Source of the DNA: Candidatus Parvarchaeum sp. | Lineage (GTDB): Archaea > Nanobdellota > Nanobdellia > Parvarchaeales > Parvarchaeaceae | Direction of reading: 5' to 3' | Assembly (NCBI GenBank): GCA_049965555.1 | Contig: JBMFWF010000013.1 | Span: forward strand, 1 to 15,155 | Length of the DNA: 15,155 nucleotides | Shown: in pieces, positions 1-6,609 of the stretch | How the letters are laid out: the number at the start of each line of letters is the position of its first letter | Numbering within the stretch: the first letter of the stretch is position 1 | The notes under the pieces: model-generated | Told to the model about the DNA's origin: nothing | The model's database searches: none | What the model saw: only the letters and a program-made list of their open reading frames with translations | Program-made: the position numbers and the translations under genes

Positions 1-434
1 ACATTTCCTTTTATTTCCCTGTGAAATTCTGCCCTTATCTTCCCTGCTTTTGAAAGGATGATTTTCTTGTTTCCTATTATAAATCCGCTTTGATTATAGA
101 ATATAGACTTAAAGCTATCCTGGTTCTTGAACCTTAACTTCCCTATTCTGTAGCCTTTTTTCTTCCTTCCAGATAATGCATAAATGTTATTCCACAGCTG
201 ATAGTTTACCATCTGCAATGCCTTTGAGTAGACGTTTTTCAATTCTGGTTTATTATCTTTCAGCGTTACCAAAAGCTTTTGTGTATCCTGTCTTTTTAGT
301 TTTATACCCTTCTCTTTCGCTTTATTCAGTTCTTCTAAAAGCTTATTATAAGTCCATCGGCATAAATCCAACTGCTTATTCAATTCTGCCTCTACTACTT
401 TGTTTGGATACAGCCTGAATTTGTAATTACGCAT
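1..434 (-). CDS. tnpB: TnpB RNA-guided endonuclease of the IS200/IS605 family, N-terminal part (runs off the window start)
   Basis: Manual translation of the minus strand from ATG at 434: MRNYKFRLYPNKVVEAELNKQLDLCRWTYNKLLEE...PELKNVYSKALQMV...GYRIGKLRFKNQDSFKSIFYNQSGF...LSKAGKIRAEFHREIKGN. YKFRLYP and CRWTYN are hallmarks of the OrfB_IS605 N-terminus. The frame is open to base 1, which is probably why the ORF track omits it. Confidence 0.93.
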   Translation of the reverse strand, partial: MRNYKFRLYPNKVVEAELNKQLDLCRWTYNKLLEELNKAKEKGIKLKRQDTQKLLVTLKDNKPELKNVYSKALQMVNYQLWNNIYALSGRKKKGYRIGKLRFKNQDSFKSIFYNQSGFIIGNKKIILSKAGKIRAEFHREIKGN

Positions 435-474
435 ATTTTTGTTTTCTCATTTCTTCGGTAAATACTTTTCCCTA

Positions 475-517
475 CCGCCCTTCATCTCCCGTCTTAAAAA
501 AGGGGAATTCTTGGCGG
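475..517. repeat. Subterminal imperfect hairpin of the IS left end (TnpA recognition structure)
   Basis: CCGCC(475-479)...GGCGG(513-517) encloses TCCC...GGGGA. It is a GC-rich patch in AT-rich DNA, a few nt inside the inferred end. Confidence 0.7.
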
Positions 518-522
518 ATTAG

Positions 523-681
523 TTAAAAGATAGTATTGAGGCAGAGGAATTTGATAGCTTAAGGAGGATAAGAAATAAAATAAATTATTATGGGAAAGAA
601 CTGTCTATTAACGAGGCAGATGAGCTTATCAAAAAAATTAAGAGCCTCAGAAATATCGTAATTAAAAAGTATAAATTATAA
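523..681 (+). pseudogene. 3' remnant of a HEPN-domain gene interrupted by the IS
   Basis: Frame 523-681 reads LKDSIEAEEFDSLRRIRNKINYYGKELSINEADELIKKIKSLRNIVIKKYKL*. It has no ATG and is bounded by an in-frame TAG at 520-522. LRRIRNKINYYG resembles the HEPN R-x4-6-H/Y helix followed by the terminal helix. Confidence 0.65.
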
Positions 682-696
682 AATTTAGCTGACATA

Positions 697-781
697 TGCA
701 GAGAGGGGGATTTGAACCCCCGAAGGCCTAAGCCACTGGCCCCTGAAGCCAGCACGTTTGACCGGGCTTCGCTATCTCTGC
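697..781 (-). tRNA. tRNA-Leu (anticodon CAG), intronless, CCA not encoded
   Basis: Reverse complement GCAGAGATAGCGAAGCCCGGTCAAACGTGCTGGCTTCAGGGGCCAGTGGCTTAGGCCTTCGGGGGTTCAAATCCCCCTCTCTGCA. It has a 7-bp acceptor stem, CTGGC/GCCAG anticodon stem with TT-CAG-GG loop, long variable arm, GGGGG-TTCAAAT-CCCCC T arm and discriminator A. Confidence 0.97.
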
Positions 782-878
782 ATCCTATATATAGAAAGTT
801 AATCAACTAATCTAATATATGTTTATATTTTTTGAATTGGGTTTGAAAGAAGAAATTTCTGTAGAATAATAAAAAATC

Positions 879-895
879 AAAAAATTATTTATATA
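879..895 (+). promoter_or_regulatory. Archaeal BRE/TATA promoter for the micro-ORF at 916
   Basis: A-rich run followed by TTTATATA (888-895), ending 20 nt before the ATG at 916. This spacing suits a leaderless or short-leader transcript. Confidence 0.5.
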
Positions 896-915
896 ATGAG
901 TGAATTTTATATAAC

Positions 916-963
916 ATGGCAACAAAGAAAAAAGCAGCTAAAAAAGGAAAAAAGAAGAGGTAA
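916..963 (+). CDS. Putative 15-aa lysine-rich basic peptide MATKKKAAKKGKKKR
   Basis: ATG GCA ACA AAG AAA AAA GCA GCT AAA AAA GGA AAA AAG AAG AGG TAA, with a TATA box upstream and a hairpin plus T-tracts downstream. Confidence 0.6.
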   Translation: MATKKKAAKKGKKKR

Positions 964-998
964 GATCTCTTTAATAAAATAAACATTACCGCCAATTC

Positions 999-1072
999 AA
1001 CCGTTAAAACGGTTTAATTCTTCTGATCCTTTTTTATAAAGAGTTTTTTATTTTTTAAATTTTCATTTTTTT
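999..1072 (+). terminator. Hairpin plus multiple oligo-T tracts (probable terminator of the micro-ORF transcript)
   Basis: AACCGTT-AA-AACGGTT (999-1014) is followed by several T-runs between 1029 and 1072. Confidence 0.5.
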
Positions 1073-1078
1073 CCCCTT

Positions 1079-1091
1079 AAAGTTTATATAT
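1079..1091 (+). promoter_or_regulatory. BRE/TATA promoter of the YdcF-family gene
   Basis: AAAGTTTATATA lies about 21-33 nt upstream of the ATG at 1112. Confidence 0.55.
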
Positions 1092-1111
1092 TATTCTTTT
1101 CTATTCAATAA

Positions 1112-1672
1112 ATGCAGCATTTAGAGAAAATTTTGAAAGAAGAAGACGCCACTGCTATAATAATTCTGGGCGGAAGCATTCAAAGATTCAGAAAAAGGCT
1201 GGCAAAGGCGATCCAGCTGTATGAGAAGAAAGACAGCCCTCTTCTTTTGATAACTGGGCAGGATATACATTCTGATAAAACTGTAATGGAAATGCTTAAA
1301 GGCAAGGAGTTCGTGTATGAGAACAAGTCCTTTAATACATATGACAATGCTGTGAACTCATTTGAAATGCTGCGAATCATGAAAGCGCATGATCCCTTTG
1401 ATCTTACAAACGAAGATTATTCAATGCATTATTTAAGCTTTTCAGATATTATTGTGGTAACAGACACACTGCATATGCCAAGGGCAAAAAGGTATTTCTC
1501 TAGAGTCTTCAAGGATAGCTATAATATTTCCTTTGCTAAAGTAGAGGAAGAAAAAGCGGATTTAATAAATAAATTGATTTATGAAGGAATAGGCTATTTT
1601 CTTTCTTTTTTGCCAAACGAATACCTCAATTTTGCAAAGTCTGTAAAGCAGAAGTACTTTCCAAGGCTTTGA
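1112..1672 (+). CDS. YdcF/DUF218 (SanA/ElyC-like) family protein
   Basis: Family motifs AIIILGG, R..KAIQLY, LLITG, ENKSFNTYDNA and VVTDTLHMPRA. Confidence 0.88.
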   Translation: MQHLEKILKEEDATAIIILGGSIQRFRKRLAKAIQLYEKKDSPLLLITGQDIHSDKTVMEMLKGKEFVYENKSFNTYDNAVNSFEMLRIMKAHDPFDLTNEDYSMHYLSFSDIIVVTDTLHMPRAKRYFSRVFKDSYNISFAKVEEEKADLINKLIYEGIGYFLSFLPNEYLNFAKSVKQKYFPRL

Positions 1673-1734
1673 CATACAAAACAGCAAGTATAAATAGTAT
1701 AAGTTACAAAATCTAAAAATAACGATAAAACAAA

Positions 1735-1740
1735 AGGTGA
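1735..1740 (+). promoter_or_regulatory. Shine-Dalgarno site of EF-2
   Basis: AGGTGA lies 6 nt before the ATG at 1747 (archaeal GGTGA-type SD). Confidence 0.65.
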
Positions 1741-1746
1741 ATTTAA

Positions 1747-3939
1747 ATGCCTGAAAAAGAATCATTGACAGAGAAAGTGATGCGTTTAATGAACCAACAG
1801 GACCGCATCAGAAACATAGGAGTTATAGCGCACGTAGACCATGGTAAAACTACGACATGCGATACTTTACTGGCAGGCTGCGGAATGCTTTCCGAAGAGA
1901 AAGCCGGGAAGCAGCTTTATCTAGACTCTGAAAAGATAGAGCAGGAAAGGCAGATGACCGTTAAATCCTCTAATGTTAACATGGTCTATGAGAGAAGCGA
2001 AAACGATGAATACCTTATCAATTTAATAGACACGCCTGGACACGTAGATTTTGGCGGACATGTTACCCGTGCAATAAGGGCAATAGACGGTGCAATAGTC
2101 GTAATGGATTCCGTTGAAGGAGTAATGCCGCAGACTGAAATGGTTCTTAAGCAGGCGCTTAGAGACAAGGTAAAACCTATACTATATATTAATAAAATTG
2201 ACAGACTTATAACTGAGATGCGTTTTTCACCGGAAGAAATGCAGAAGCATTTGGTTAAACTTATAACTCAGATCAATTCTTTTATCAATGATCTAGCACC
2301 TGATGATGTTAAAGGAAAATGGCAGGTTTCTGTACAAGACAATACCGTTGCTTTTGGAGCTTCAAGGGATAACTGGGCATTGTCTTTCAAGAGAATGAAG
2401 GACACGGGCTTGTCGTTCAAAGATGTTTACGAAACGTATACCTCAAATGACAAGGAAAAGATAAGAGAGCTTTCAAAGAAAACCCCTGTCCATAAAGTAC
2501 TGCTTGATATGGTTATAGAGCATTTGCCTAACCCTGTTGAAGCGCAGAAATACAGGATACCAATAGTATGGCATGGCGAATTGGACAGCGATGTAGGGAA
2601 GGCATTAGTGGCCTGCGACCCGAATGGCCCGCTGATGATTTCAGTTACTAACATAGAAATAGATCCGCAAGCTGGTGAGATAGCAATAGGGAGGATATTT
2701 TCCGGGAAAATTGTAAGAGGACAGGATGTCTATTTAGTAAATAACAAACAGATCAATAAAGTACAGCAGATATATATATGGAAAGGGCCACAACGTTTCC
2801 AAGTAGAGAGCGCTTTGGCAGGAAACCAGATAGGAATGGCCGGCCTTAAAAACATAGTTTCCGGTGAAACTTTGAGTTCCGCTGACAAACAAGACACTAC
2901 TCCGTTTGAACCTATAAAGCATTCGCTGCAGCCTGTCGTTGTAAAGGCAATAGAGCCTAAAAATCCAAAAGACTTGCCTAAACTTATACAAGCTTTAAGG
3001 GAACAGGAGATTTATGATATTGCTTTGAAGGTTTCAATAAACCATGAAACAGGAGAGAACTTAATAGCTGGATTGGGTACTTTGCACCTTGAGATAGTTG
3101 AAGACAAGCTTAGAAGAACATACGGAATAGACATAGTCAGTTCACAGCCTATAGTAGTTTACAAAGAAAGCATATCGACTAAAAGTCCGATTGTAGAAGG
3201 CAAATCTCCAAACAAGCACAACCGCTTCTACTTATATGCCGAGCCTTTGTCGCAGGAGGTTATAGAGGCATTGAATGATGAAAGCATGCCGACTGGAAAG
3301 ATAAAGGCCTTTACACCTGAAAACATAGATTTGCTGATAAAAGCAGGCATGGAAAGAGAGGAGGCAAAGAAAATAGCAGCTATATATGGAGATAACATGC
3401 TTGTAGATGGAACAAGAGGTATAATACACATTGGTGAAGTAATAGAGATGTGCATAGAAGCTTTCAATGAAGTCATGAAAGAAGGCCCGCAGGCAAGAGA
3501 AGAAGTACGCGGCGTGAAGATTGTATTAACAGATATGGTTTTGCATGAAGACGCTATTCACCGCGGCCCGGCTCAGGTTATACCGGCAGTAAGGGATGCA
3601 ATAAAAGATGCTGTCTTACAGGCTAATCCGATACTTTTAGAGCCAATACAGATAATAAGAGTTGATTTGCCCATGGCAAACTTAAGCAATGTCAGCGCTT
3701 TGATACAGTCTAAAAGGAGCATAATCGATAATGTAAAAGATGACGGAAACAAGGCGGTGATAACTGCAGAAATGCCGGTTTCTTCTACATTCAACTTCAC
3801 AAATGAGCTTAGATCTGCTACTGAAGGAAGAGGCTCTTGGTCTCTCGCAGGAGAAACATTTAGAAAATTGCCTAGGGACATCTATCCAAGCGTTGTAAAA
3901 CAGATAAGGGAAAGGAAAGGCCTGCCTCCATTACAGTAA
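1747..3939 (+). CDS. fusA: Archaeal translation elongation factor 2 (aEF-2)
   Basis: 730 aa with RNIGVIAHVDHGKTT (G1), DTPGHVDF (G3), NKID (G4), SPNKHNRF, the diphthamide loop HEDAIHRGPAQ and C-terminal IRERKGL. Confidence 0.99.
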   Translation: MPEKESLTEKVMRLMNQQDRIRNIGVIAHVDHGKTTTCDTLLAGCGMLSEEKAGKQLYLDSEKIEQERQMTVKSSNVNMVYERSENDEYLINLIDTPGHVDFGGHVTRAIRAIDGAIVVMDSVEGVMPQTEMVLKQALRDKVKPILYINKIDRLITEMRFSPEEMQKHLVKLITQINSFINDLAPDDVKGKWQVSVQDNTVAFGASRDNWALSFKRMKDTGLSFKDVYETYTSNDKEKIRELSKKTPVHKVLLDMVIEHLPNPVEAQKYRIPIVWHGELDSDVGKALVACDPNGPLMISVTNIEIDPQAGEIAIGRIFSGKIVRGQDVYLVNNKQINKVQQIYIWKGPQRFQVESALAGNQIGMAGLKNIVSGETLSSADKQDTTPFEPIKHSLQPVVVKAIEPKNPKDLPKLIQALREQEIYDIALKVSINHETGENLIAGLGTLHLEIVEDKLRRTYGIDIVSSQPIVVYKESISTKSPIVEGKSPNKHNRFYLYAEPLSQEVIEALNDESMPTGKIKAFTPENIDLLIKAGMEREEAKKIAAIYGDNMLVDGTRGIIHIGEVIEMCIEAFNEVMKEGPQAREEVRGVKIVLTDMVLHEDAIHRGPAQVIPAVRDAIKDAVLQANPILLEPIQIIRVDLPMANLSNVSALIQSKRSIIDNVKDDGNKAVITAEMPVSSTFNFTNELRSATEGRGSWSLAGETFRKLPRDIYPSVVKQIRERKGLPPLQ

Positions 3940-4012
3940 TATCTATGCAAATGAATTAACTAGTTTATCATAGAAAATTACAGGAAGCACAGAATAAAAA
4001 TCCGAAAAAGGA

Positions 4013-4420
4013 TTATTGGATTAATCGCTTTATTTCCTTTATGAACTCATACATATAATCATTTGGAATCAAAGCATTGAACAACCTTAGATCATCAAAA
4101 CTTGAATATGCATGTACAAGTTCATTTCTTACTTCTCTTAATTTTATTATTTTTGATAAAGTTTTAGAATCGATTTTTCCTTCGAGCCTTTGAAATATAG
4201 ACTCGTTTGAATTTGGAGGGGGCAAATTCATGCTCTTGTAAATTTCCTTACAAATATCTAATTGTGCTTCGCTTATTAACTGGCAGTACCTCTCTATTGC
4301 CGCTTTTTTTATTTCATCCAATTTTTTATACTCGTTGCTATTTGAAGGTAATATTTTTTCAAGCAAGCTCATATAATATTCTAATTCTTTAAGCCTATAC
4401 AATATTCTTTCATTATCCAT
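4013..4420 (-). CDS. hepT: HepT-like HEPN RNase toxin (DUF86), type VII TA
   Basis: 135 aa with the RNELVHAY (R-x4-H-x-Y) active site and AAIERY helix. It overlaps the upstream MNT gene by 8 bp. Confidence 0.9.
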   Translation of the reverse strand: MDNERILYRLKELEYYMSLLEKILPSNSNEYKKLDEIKKAAIERYCQLISEAQLDICKEIYKSMNLPPPNSNESIFQRLEGKIDSKTLSKIIKLREVRNELVHAYSSFDDLRLFNALIPNDYMYEFIKEIKRLIQ

Positions 4421-4916
4421 TTTTCACAACCCCTATTATGTCATAAAAAGTGTCCTTGAAGTCCTCCCATTTTTCAAAGCATTTAAAATAATAATCCAAT
4501 AATTCTGAATTCTGATTTACTACTATCAATTTTCCGTTCTCAAATATCCGCATTTGTATGTTTAATGGCAGTTCCTGCATTACAGATATATCAAGCTTGT
4601 CATATATTCTATAAACACTCTTGTCAAATTTTGTCTCATCTTTTACCAGAAAGGCTATGTCAATGTCATCAAAGTATTTATCTCCATTCACGTAACTCCC
4701 AAATAAATAAACTGCTATAATATTTTTATCTTTTTCCGCTTTTTCCTTTATGTTTTTTAAGATTTTATCTATATAGTTAATGGAAACAATCCATTGCGCA
4801 ATTGATGCTTCTACCGCTTTGCTTAAAGAGCCTTTGCCATAGCCGAATCTTTCCATTGCGATTTTTCTTATGCTTTTATCTATGTCATCGTCAATGTAAA
4901 CCTTTATCCCTTTCAT
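4413..4916 (-). CDS. mntA: MntA-like minimal nucleotidyltransferase antitoxin with an N-terminal ribbon-helix-helix-like domain
   Basis: AVYLFGSYVNGDKYFDDIDIAFLV matches GS-x-DxD, followed by LDISVMQELPL...IFENGK. The first 45 aa or so (IKVYIDDDIDKSIRKIAMERFG..KGSLSKAVEASIAQW) show an RHH beta-alpha-alpha pattern. Confidence 0.87.
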   Translation of the reverse strand: MKGIKVYIDDDIDKSIRKIAMERFGYGKGSLSKAVEASIAQWIVSINYIDKILKNIKEKAEKDKNIIAVYLFGSYVNGDKYFDDIDIAFLVKDETKFDKSVYRIYDKLDISVMQELPLNIQMRIFENGKLIVVNQNSELLDYYFKCFEKWEDFKDTFYDIIGVVKNG

Positions 4917-4924
4917 AATAATTA

Positions 4925-4958
4925 TTGTATCTAAAGGTATTTATATCTTAAAATACAA
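4925..4958. promoter_or_regulatory. Imperfect inverted repeat overlapping the TATA box of the mntA-hepT operon (candidate operator)
   Basis: TTGTATCTAAAGGTAT-TT-ATATCTTAAAATACAA has arms matching at 13/16 positions. The minus-strand TATAAATA sits at its centre, about 22-29 nt upstream of ATG 4916. Confidence 0.5.
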
Positions 4959-5052
4959 GGGAATATAAACTAGAATTTATTTGCAATATTAACGACAAAT
5001 ACTTTTTTCTTAGAAGGAAATTCTCTATATTATAATTTTTTATGTAGAGGCA

Positions 5053-6531
5053 TTAACTTGTAGCGTTTACAGCATAGGAGGCACGCGCACCATCAGTTCC
5101 TTGAAGATAAAGACTGTACTGAGTGCCCGGCATAAGCTCTATGGACAATAAACCTTCACCTAAATTCATTTCTCCTGAAAAGGTAAGCGTTACAGAACCG
5201 CCAGCTGGCAAATTATAACCGAAGTTGACAGGAAGTGAAAAGTTGCTGTTATCCTCTACTTCATTTGAAAGCCCTGCGTAATTGTAGTTAACGCTCATAT
5301 TAGTAGCGTTTATCATCTTTATATTAGTAGGACTCACATTTATTGGAAGATTAAACAATTTGAACCCTGAAAATGGAAGGAAGAGCGTAGCATTTGAAGA
5401 TATGAAGAAGTTTATTGACCTGCCGGCAGTTATCCTGTCCATAATATTGAACCTGTTTTCATCGGCAGCTAGGTTTTGGTGAATCTTCTTCTCTACGTTA
5501 TTGAATTGTGAATCAACAGCTGCTTTTATATCATCAAATCTCTTTTTTATGAAGTTACTGCCGCTAATTGAAAGATTAGGAAAACCACTTCGTAAGCTAG
5601 CGTTTATACTGCTTAGATTTGAAATAAGTGATTTATTTAGATTTCCAATTATTGAAGGCATCTCCGATTTAATGTTCGAAACCTGATCTTCAACCTCTGA
5701 TCTGTACTGGTTTATTCTTTCTATTGCATCTCCAGATAAATTTGCGCTGAAATTCAACATTGAAAGCCTAAAGCCATTTACCATATTTAGCCTTAAATGC
5801 TGGAGGATTACACTTTGATTTGAATTATCTTTTACAGTAACAGATATCTTTGTAAGATTACCGATTTGCTGTAAAACTGCAGAAGTTATTGTTATATTTG
5901 GCCTTGCAGAAAACAAGGATTTGTTAATGTTTGCAGGTATGTGCTCTACTGAACCAACGGCTTTATTTGTCAAACCTGTGGCTGACAAAGCTAAGAGCGA
6001 AGGCACTAAAATATATTGTGTAGAATTTGCAGTGTAAACCGTTACTACTGCCGGTGTAAAGTCCAATATTAAACTTGAAGAACTGTTTATTTTATTGAAG
6101 TTAGCAGGAACATTTGCTGTGATTATCGGGCTTGGGACCTTGACCGCGTAAGTCGTACCATTTATGGTTATATTGGCAGAAACCACTGAAAACTGGATAG
6201 ATTTAATCATTGAATTTAATGGAAGGTTAGCAGAAGCTAAAACCTGTGAGCTGTTCACTAAAGAAAGGAGGTTTATGCTGCCTGTAGAATTCACGCTTTC
6301 CGAATTAGCGGAGCCGTTTGCAGTGAAATAAAGTATCTTAAAAGAGGAATAAGAAATGTACAAACTGGTTGTATTCGCAGGCACTTCTGCTGGGTCTGTC
6401 ATCGCTATTGGAACAGACGCAGCAGCTGTTGTGCTTACTGTCTTCGAAACTATGCTGGGATGATAAAGCAAAACAGCCGCTATCACCAAAACAACTATTA
6501 CAACTGCGACTGCTGGAATGGCTTTATTCAT
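5053..6531 (-). CDS. Membrane-anchored DUF4382-domain surface protein
   Basis: N-terminal hydrophobic anchor, VPIAMTDP start of DUF4382, GSINLLSLVN and LILDFTPAV...YILVPS. It is Asn/Ser/Thr-rich with many N-x-S/T sequons. Confidence 0.75.
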   Translation of the reverse strand: MNKAIPAVAVVIVVLVIAAVLLYHPSIVSKTVSTTAAASVPIAMTDPAEVPANTTSLYISYSSFKILYFTANGSANSESVNSTGSINLLSLVNSSQVLASANLPLNSMIKSIQFSVVSANITINGTTYAVKVPSPIITANVPANFNKINSSSSLILDFTPAVVTVYTANSTQYILVPSLLALSATGLTNKAVGSVEHIPANINKSLFSARPNITITSAVLQQIGNLTKISVTVKDNSNQSVILQHLRLNMVNGFRLSMLNFSANLSGDAIERINQYRSEVEDQVSNIKSEMPSIIGNLNKSLISNLSSINASLRSGFPNLSISGSNFIKKRFDDIKAAVDSQFNNVEKKIHQNLAADENRFNIMDRITAGRSINFFISSNATLFLPFSGFKLFNLPINVSPTNIKMINATNMSVNYNYAGLSNEVEDNSNFSLPVNFGYNLPAGGSVTLTFSGEMNLGEGLLSIELMPGTQYSLYLQGTDGARASYAVNATS

Positions 6532-6543
6532 ATAGGTAAAATA

Positions 6544-6591
6544 TATGATTTGATATATATAAATGTTATGATTTGATATATATAAATGTTA
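6544..6591. repeat. Perfect 23-bp tandem duplication in a divergent promoter region
   Basis: TATGATTTGATATATATAAATGT occurs at 6544-6566 and again at 6567-6589, followed by TA. Confidence 0.95.
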
Positions 6592-6609
6592 GCTAATACA
6601 GAATCTAAT

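Larger units (their letters stand above)
1..522 (-). mobile_element. IS200/IS605-family element, tnpB-only at this end (IS1341-like); left end at about 522
   Basis: tnpB is preceded by a GC-rich imperfect subterminal hairpin (475-517) and then an abrupt switch to a headless host reading frame at 523. There is no room for tnpA between the left end and tnpB (about 88 bp). Confidence 0.8.

Noticed and set aside
176-418. 80-aa plus-strand ORF from the ORF track
   Set aside because: It is the antisense shadow of tnpB, which has clear family motifs on the minus strand.
588-806. 72-aa minus-strand ORF
   Set aside because: It runs through tRNA-Leu and lies antisense to the HEPN remnant, with no protein-like features.
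841-868. GTTTGAAAG and AATTTCTGTAGA resemble CRISPR repeat ends or a Cas12a repeat handle
   Set aside because: Single occurrence with no repeat-spacer periodicity and no cas genes. Expected by chance in AT-rich DNA.
1180-3881. Several 60-102 aa minus-strand ORFs within the YdcF and EF-2 genes
   Set aside because: They are antisense shadows of well-supported genes.
5023-5049. CTCTATAT...ATGTAGAG inverted repeat after the DUF4382 stop
   Set aside because: The stem is short and imperfect, with no adjoining U-tract on the coding strand. Too weak to call a terminator.
6586-6609. Longer HIT start at ATG 6586
   Set aside because: This ATG lies inside the duplicated promoter repeat immediately after the TATA element. 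MECAFC at 6610 matches the family N-terminus.
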